A stretch of 63,664 nucleotides of DNA, counting the filler, from Diploschistes diacapsis (taxonomy: Eukaryota): NCBI GenBank assembly GCA_023645945.1. It is 18 parts of 18 records of this genome, joined end to end, with 100 filler letters (N's around TTAATTAATTAA, not from the genome) between each part and the next. Parts side by side here need not be neighbours in the genome. Positions count along the whole stretch, not along the records: positions 56,783 to 58,079 come from JALAIB010003384.1; positions 58,180 to 59,476 come from JALAIB010003385.1; positions 59,577 to 60,872 come from JALAIB010003386.1; positions 60,973 to 62,268 come from JALAIB010003387.1; positions 62,369 to 63,664 come from JALAIB010003388.1; 13 more parts are not named here. One strand, 5' to 3'. Position 1 is the first letter of the stretch, and each line of letters starts with the position of its first letter. Below the pieces are notes generated by a model that was not told the DNA's origin, ran no database searches, and saw only the letters and a list, made by a program, of their open reading frames with translations. The translations under genes and the position numbers were made by a program. Positions 57,915-63,664 of the stretch are shown in pieces.

Positions 57915-58079
57915 ACGTGTTTGACGGGGAACCGGGCCACCCCCAGAAGTGGGCCACCTCTCATTACAACTTTCATCTTTTTCTTCGATTTTTTCAATAA
58001 TAACTACCTCGCATCGTAATAATTCGATTCTAATAGAATTTAATATCAACGACTGTTTACAGGTCCTAAATTCTTAACA
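57915..58079 (+). mobile_element. Second left end of the same pogo-like subfamily, facing away from the first
   Basis: TA plus variant TIR; 165 bp is a near-perfect inverted copy of ~57477-57641. Confidence 0.8.
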
Positions 58080-60972
58080 NNNNNNNNNNNNNNNNNNNNN
58101 NNNNNNNNNNNNNNNNNNNNNNNTTAATTAATTAANNNNNNNNNNNNNNNNNNNNNNNNNNNNNNNNNNNNNNNNNNNNAACTACTAGTAGGATGTTTGA
58201 CTATAGTTAGTAGGATGTTCAACAGTTGTTAATGGCGTGTCATGAAGGGTTAAAGAACCTTCAGGGTCCTACTAGTGTTAACTAGTCAGATAGACTAACC
58301 CATTTAGGTTAATAATCTGAACATTTCTAAATCATTCCATGCATTAGTAAGCCGAATATTCTAGAATATTCGAACATGCTAGAAGCTTAGTAAGCAATCT
58401 GACTAACCTATTTAAGTTAATATTCTGACAATCCCAAATGACATTCAAGCATTACCACATATGTCACATCAGCTAAGCCACATGTTATGATCTCTATCTC
58501 TACAAGGTAGACACGAGGTATCGATCAAGGTGGGTTTGGTCTCGTATAGAAGAGGAGTATAGGCAGGAGAAGAAGATAGAACAGTCATAGATCTGAGACT
58601 GGTTCTCTAGAGAAGGCTCTAGTTAATAGAGGTAACGAATATAGATTAATCCGCGAGTAATAATTAAGGATGTCTATAAAAACAAACACACCAGGATTCA
58701 CAAGAGCTATGATAAAAATTCCTATATATCAGATCTTTTGAGCGTGCTGAGCGGAAGCTCATCTTGCTTAGACTGAGCGGACTGAACCAAAGCTTATCTC
58801 GCTCAGATCGCCACTGAGCGTGTTGAGCAGGAGCTCACTTCGTTCAGGACATCACGTGACCCGTGTCACCGTGATTGGTCTACAGTCAGGTGCCAAAAGT
58901 AGTTAGGTCCCTCTCAATCCTTACCAAAACCGATCAAATTAATACCTAAATATCTTACCCAATAATATATCAAATCCAAAATTTAAAGCTTTATGAAGAA
59001 CTTTAAGAGCGTTATATATATAACGTGTTTGACGGGGATTCCGGCTACCCCCAGATTCCGGCCACTTTTGCCAAGAAATATTTTAAATCATTAATAATTC
59101 ATCGAAATTAGCCGTTATTTTCTTTTACGAAATATTGTTTTTCGACCATTTTCTTATCGTATTTTGAAAAGTGCCCATTGATTACGTCAGCAGATCACTT
59201 TTTTAAGCAAATAAAAAATCACTACTCGAAAAAGCAGGTTTTTTAACCTTTTAATATCTATCATAACGTAGCAAAAAATACTTTTTTTAAATATACTATT
59301 ATGGCGGGATATTTGCGTAGATTTCTTTAAAAATACAAAAAAAATCTTCTTCGACGTTATAATGTCGTTGTGTGACATTTTTCATCATTTTTCATTCATT
59401 TAAATGAAGCGAAAACTAGCCGTTGTATGGCCAAATTATTTAAAATCTTTCGGATATTGAGGAAAAAGCCACACCANNNNNNNNNNNNNNNNNNNNNNNN
59501 NNNNNNNNNNNNNNNNNNNNTTAATTAATTAANNNNNNNNNNNNNNNNNNNNNNNNNNNNNNNNNNNNNNNNNNNNAATTATAGGTTTTAGAGTAGCGGT
59601 ATCTTTAGACGAACGATTAATAAATAAGAAACATAGATACGAAGCGGATATATTAGAACCCGATTAAAAGCTAAGATCCGGAAACGACTAAAAAGGCGAA
59701 ATAATAGGTTCTATTACGGATTCTATTAGGAACGTAATAACAGTCGAGAAAGAACTAAAAGAATTAAAATTAAGAATAAATAAAAACATGATTAATATAT
59801 ACCGCTTACGAGGCCTGCCACGGCGTTAAGAACGGATAACAGGCTTTTTCTTTATCGCCTATACGAGCTTATCTATAAACGTATCGCCTTTAGTCGAGGA
59901 CATCGTTGGGAACGTATTAGAAACTTATTTAAACATATTAAAAATATATTCTAGCATTTTAATCAAGAAAGTATAAAAAACGAAATACTAATAATAACGA
60001 GAAGCAAAAACGGACGACGAACGAAAAATAAAAACGAACGACGATAATAACTCGCTAATAAGATCTATAATATAAATTAAAGAAATAAAATACAAGAATA
60101 TTATAAATAAGATAAAGATATTATAATAAAGCTAATATCTAAATAAAAACATTACTAATTTAATAAACATTTAACTCATAAACAACCAACGTCGATATTG
60201 AAATTTATTTATACTATAATTAACTACTAATAAACCTTAGAATATATATATAAAGACGAGACTAAATTCGATTTATATAAGGGATCGAGATGGTAACGAT
60301 ATAGATCGAGTTAACCATCTTTTCAATAAATAAAGAAAGGACTATAAAGATGGCTCTAGAGAACCAGAATAAGAAAAAGAAAGATAATTATAAAACTAAA
60401 TAAAAAGCATGCCAAGAATCGGACAAACGACACTCAGGGTCTTAGCTTGCGGGTACTTGAAGAGAGATTTTGCCCTTCTTACTCTCTCCTCTTTTTTAGT
60501 AATTAGTCCTAGCATGAACCTACCCTGCGTATAGCCATCTTGCCACATTGTCGTATTCTACCCCTTACAATCTTAAATGCAGAACATTATTTCCTTGCTT
60601 TAATTTAATTTTCCTAGTATAATCTAAATAGAACATTCTTTTCTCGATTTTGATTCGTCGTTTTTAAATAAAAATCAGGTTTTTAAACAGATGTAATTGA
60701 TTAATTATATATAATAAAACGCCGGTATTACCGATCTATTCAAACAATGTAATCTTATTTTTAATGATAACGTCTTTAACTGTATTATTAACTTTATTAT
60801 CATATAATTAAGGTTTAGGTTCAGGTTCAGATTTTAAACTTTTTAAACTTTTATTATCTAAACCCTCTGTATNNNNNNNNNNNNNNNNNNNNNNNNNNNN
60901 NNNNNNNNNNNNNNNNTTAATTAATTAANNNNNNNNNNNNNNNNNNNNNNNNNNNNNNNNNNNNNNNNNNNN

Positions 60973-61405
60973 TCAAACGAAAAACTTCGAAATTAACGAA
61001 ATTTACGAATTTAGTTATCGAAATTAATAATAGGGAACGATTTTTTCCGTATAAATCATTAAATTAATTTTAATTCGCGGTAAATACCCGAAAAGGTTTA
61101 AATTATAAATAATAACGTCGTTTAATTAAAGATAAATTGAAAATTAACGGCGACCGATTTAACGCGATTGATAACGAGATAATGTATATAATCTTTCGTT
61201 TCAAGGGTATAGCCTTTAATTACGTAAAAACATTTACGGACGAAAATTCGATTAATCGAATAATTTTCGCCGAAATATTATTTAAACGATTAAACGATCG
61301 GTGGATAGATAAGAATACTCGATTAACCGTTAATGACTATTACCACAAACTATAATAAGATAATGATAAATTTACTAAATTTTTAGTTTAATTCACGGCA
61401 TTTAT
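60973..61405 (+). pseudogene. RIP-degenerate retrotransposon gag-like fragment
   Basis: KLKINGDRFNAIDNEIMYIIFRFKGIAFNYV resembles fungal Gypsy gag (KL..N.D.F......Y..SRL.G.A). Confidence 0.55.
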
Positions 61406-62268
61406 TGTAAACATAAAAGTAGGCTGTAGACTTGGTGGGGGCGGTCCCCTCAGGACAGCTCCATTTAAGGGAGGCCTGCTAGGTAGCTCTAGACAATTCA
61501 TGCATCCTACACTTCACCAATTCCCTACCTAACTATAGTCTTGACTACGAGATCACACTACACTCCTTTACTACACCACCTACGACCACCTACCTACTAC
61601 AGCAAGGGGAGTCTCCCTAAACAACGAGCCTTATATTTATACTAAGGGCCAACCGGAAGACTTGTCTAAGGACCCTTCCACATCTTAAAAAAGGTAAGGA
61701 GAAGATTACAATATAAAAGTTCTAAATATAACAAAAAGACATTACTTACAAAGATATAGAAAAAGTAATAAAAAAGGCATCTAATTATCTCTAAATAAAT
61801 TACCAATATTGAAAGGATAAAAGAGCAAAAATTGATTAAAATATATTCAAAAGGCTAAGCTATAAACCGGTAAGATATTAAAAAAGAATTAAATATTAAA
61901 AATTATCGATATTAGAAACGATAGATATTATCGACTCGAATTATTCGATATCGGATAATAATTACACAAATTAACCAGAATTACGCGAATACGAACACGA
62001 AAAAAAGAAAATCGAATACGAATAAATAAATTAACCAATATTACGCGAATACAACGTTAAAAAAAAGAAATCGAATACGAGATTAAATACGAATTTTAAA
62101 GAAGAATAACGAAAAATAAGTAAACAAAATAACCAATATTATCGAAACGAAAGAACCAAGGAACAAAAAAAGAAAAGAAAAACAATAAAAAAACAAGGCG
62201 AATATTAAAAATAAGGAAAAAAAAAGTTCGGTACATTATCGAAACTTAAGCTTTACAACAAAAAAACA
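61406..62268 (+). mobile_element. LTR (61406-61682) plus internal sequence, same family as 42155-42697
   Basis: TGTAAACATAAAAGTAGG...CCCTTCCACA with colinear downstream sequence. Confidence 0.7.
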
Positions 62269-63155
62269 NNNNNNNNNNNNNNNNNNNNNNNNNNNNNNNN
62301 NNNNNNNNNNNNTTAATTAATTAANNNNNNNNNNNNNNNNNNNNNNNNNNNNNNNNNNNNNNNNNNNNAATCTATATTCATCACCCTTTATTAACAGATA
62401 ACAATCTTTCTAAAAGATTAATATAGACTTGTAACCGATCTACTTCTTCTCCTGCCACATTCCTCTTCTAATAGAGACCAAACACACCTTGATCAATACC
62501 TCGTGTCTACCTTGTAGAGATAGAAATCATAACATTCAGTTCGTTTAAAAAGTTACATAACCGACGTTACCGTAAGCGATCTAAATATAAAATTACCTAA
62601 GACGTATTAAATATTACTACATAACTATTTAAATCGTAATACTATCCTTTTCCTTTAACCTTGGCGGCCCGATAAGTCGCCGAAAGGTCTATAAATATTA
62701 AATTAAAAAAATCTTAAGTCGTGAAACAACGATGTCTTCTTTATCTTCCGATCTTAATAATTTTAGCAATGGTTTACTTCCCGTAACCGCCGTCGCGCCA
62801 TTAAACGTATTAAACGTCGAAAAAAGCCCTATATTATAGCCTATAGTTACTATACTTTAACCAGAGTTATTTATGTTTAAGTATCATATGATAAAGAAAA
62901 GTTAACTTGTGTTAAATATCGAAGAAAAGGAGTTCCCTATATTTTCATATCGTGAAACGGTTACGATCCAGGTATCCAACCTGTCACGTCCTAGCCACTC
63001 ACTTAGGAACCTGGCGTGGACGTCGGTCACGTGAGTTGTTAAAATAAGCGACACCGTTCCATGTGCTTTAGAGAGGTAATAAGCAGCGCTCCCTTTATTT
63101 CGCGAAAGCTATCGTTACCGTTCCCTTCATTCCGTTAAAATTAAAAAAAATAATA

Positions 63156-63664
63156 ACGTGTTTGACGGGGATTCCGGCCACCCCCAGATTCCGCCACCTC
63201 AAATCACTACTACCAACATTCTACGGTTTTTAAATACAACCTATTCGTCGCAATTAAAATCTAATCGATTCGAATCGAATCTATTTTCTTTTTTATCTTT
63301 CTCGATTATAAAAACGCGACGACGTTTTTTACGCGTTATAAATCGTTTCGAAATTATCCGATTCGATTTAACCCGAATTATTATTTTAAGAACTTCGTCT
63401 ATATTAAATATAAAAAGATCTTTTAATTCGATTTATTTATTTAATTTACGTTTTTTACGATTATTAAGAAACGTTTTTTACTTTCGGTTTTTTTTACGAA
63501 ACGTTATAAACTTAATATACATCGATTTAAGCATACGAATTATTCGATTCGAATAATATCGAATCGAGTTATTTAATACTAAAACGGTTCGCAACGTTTA
63601 TTTAAATTCTTTATTAATCTTTCGTAGTTTAGTCGTATTTAATAAAAAGCTATATAATAAGAAT
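63156..63664 (-). mobile_element. pogo-like transposon right end with transposase C-terminal relic
   Basis: TA plus ACGTGTTTGACGGGGATTCCGGCCACCCCCAG; colinear with 43012-43520. Confidence 0.85.

Noticed and set aside
41297..62368. Regularly spaced TTAATTAATTAA units about every 1.4 kb as a biological array or CRISPR
   Set aside because: They are embedded in fixed N44 flanks between size-sorted contigs; this is an assembly linker.
44849..63556. ORFs beginning in TIRs (44849-45067, 57724-57957, 63158-63556)
   Set aside because: Chance frames over TIRs and antisense RIPed transposon sequence.
30447..63664. PKS cluster bordering a TE island, or carried by a giant mobile element
   Set aside because: The adjacency crosses an artificial spacer; no tyrosine-recombinase captain or element boundary is visible.

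Overview
Eukaryotic DNA from a filamentous ascomycete (short GT-AG introns with CTRAY branch points, RIP-mutated repeats). The window is not one locus: it is 18 contigs joined by 17 identical 100-bp artificial spacers (N44-TTAATTAATTAA-N44) in descending size order (20611, 20585, then sixteen of 1301-1296 bp). Contig 1 (1-20611) holds the 5' end of a class II ketose-bisphosphate aldolase, a 7-exon ~2327-aa ZNFX1/Upf1-like SF1 helicase fused to three CbbX-type AAA+ modules, a head-to-head ~486-aa gene with DXO/Rai1-like PD-(D/E)XK nuclease motifs, and a ~2450-aa coiled-coil protein with no ATG for its first ~270 codons. Contig 2 (20712-41296) is a 4-gene secondary-metabolite locus: stand-alone adenylation enzyme, PTH11-like 7TM protein, secreted LIP-family lipase, and a ~3218-aa highly reducing PKS (KS-AT-DH-cMT-ER-KR-ACP) ending in a carnitine-acyltransferase-like domain. 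The small contigs (41397-63664) are nested, heavily RIP-mutated transposon fragments: pogo/Fot1-like, a complete non-autonomous hAT with 8-bp TSD, Gypsy and Copia relics, a TRIM-like element and a solo LTR. The best candidate for an undescribed system is the divergent helicase-AAA+/nuclease pair (a possible fungal RNA-defence module). Next are the cAT-PKS cluster and RIP-resistant, E-box-bearing islands inside LTRs. All gene models were spliced by eye and no database searches were run.
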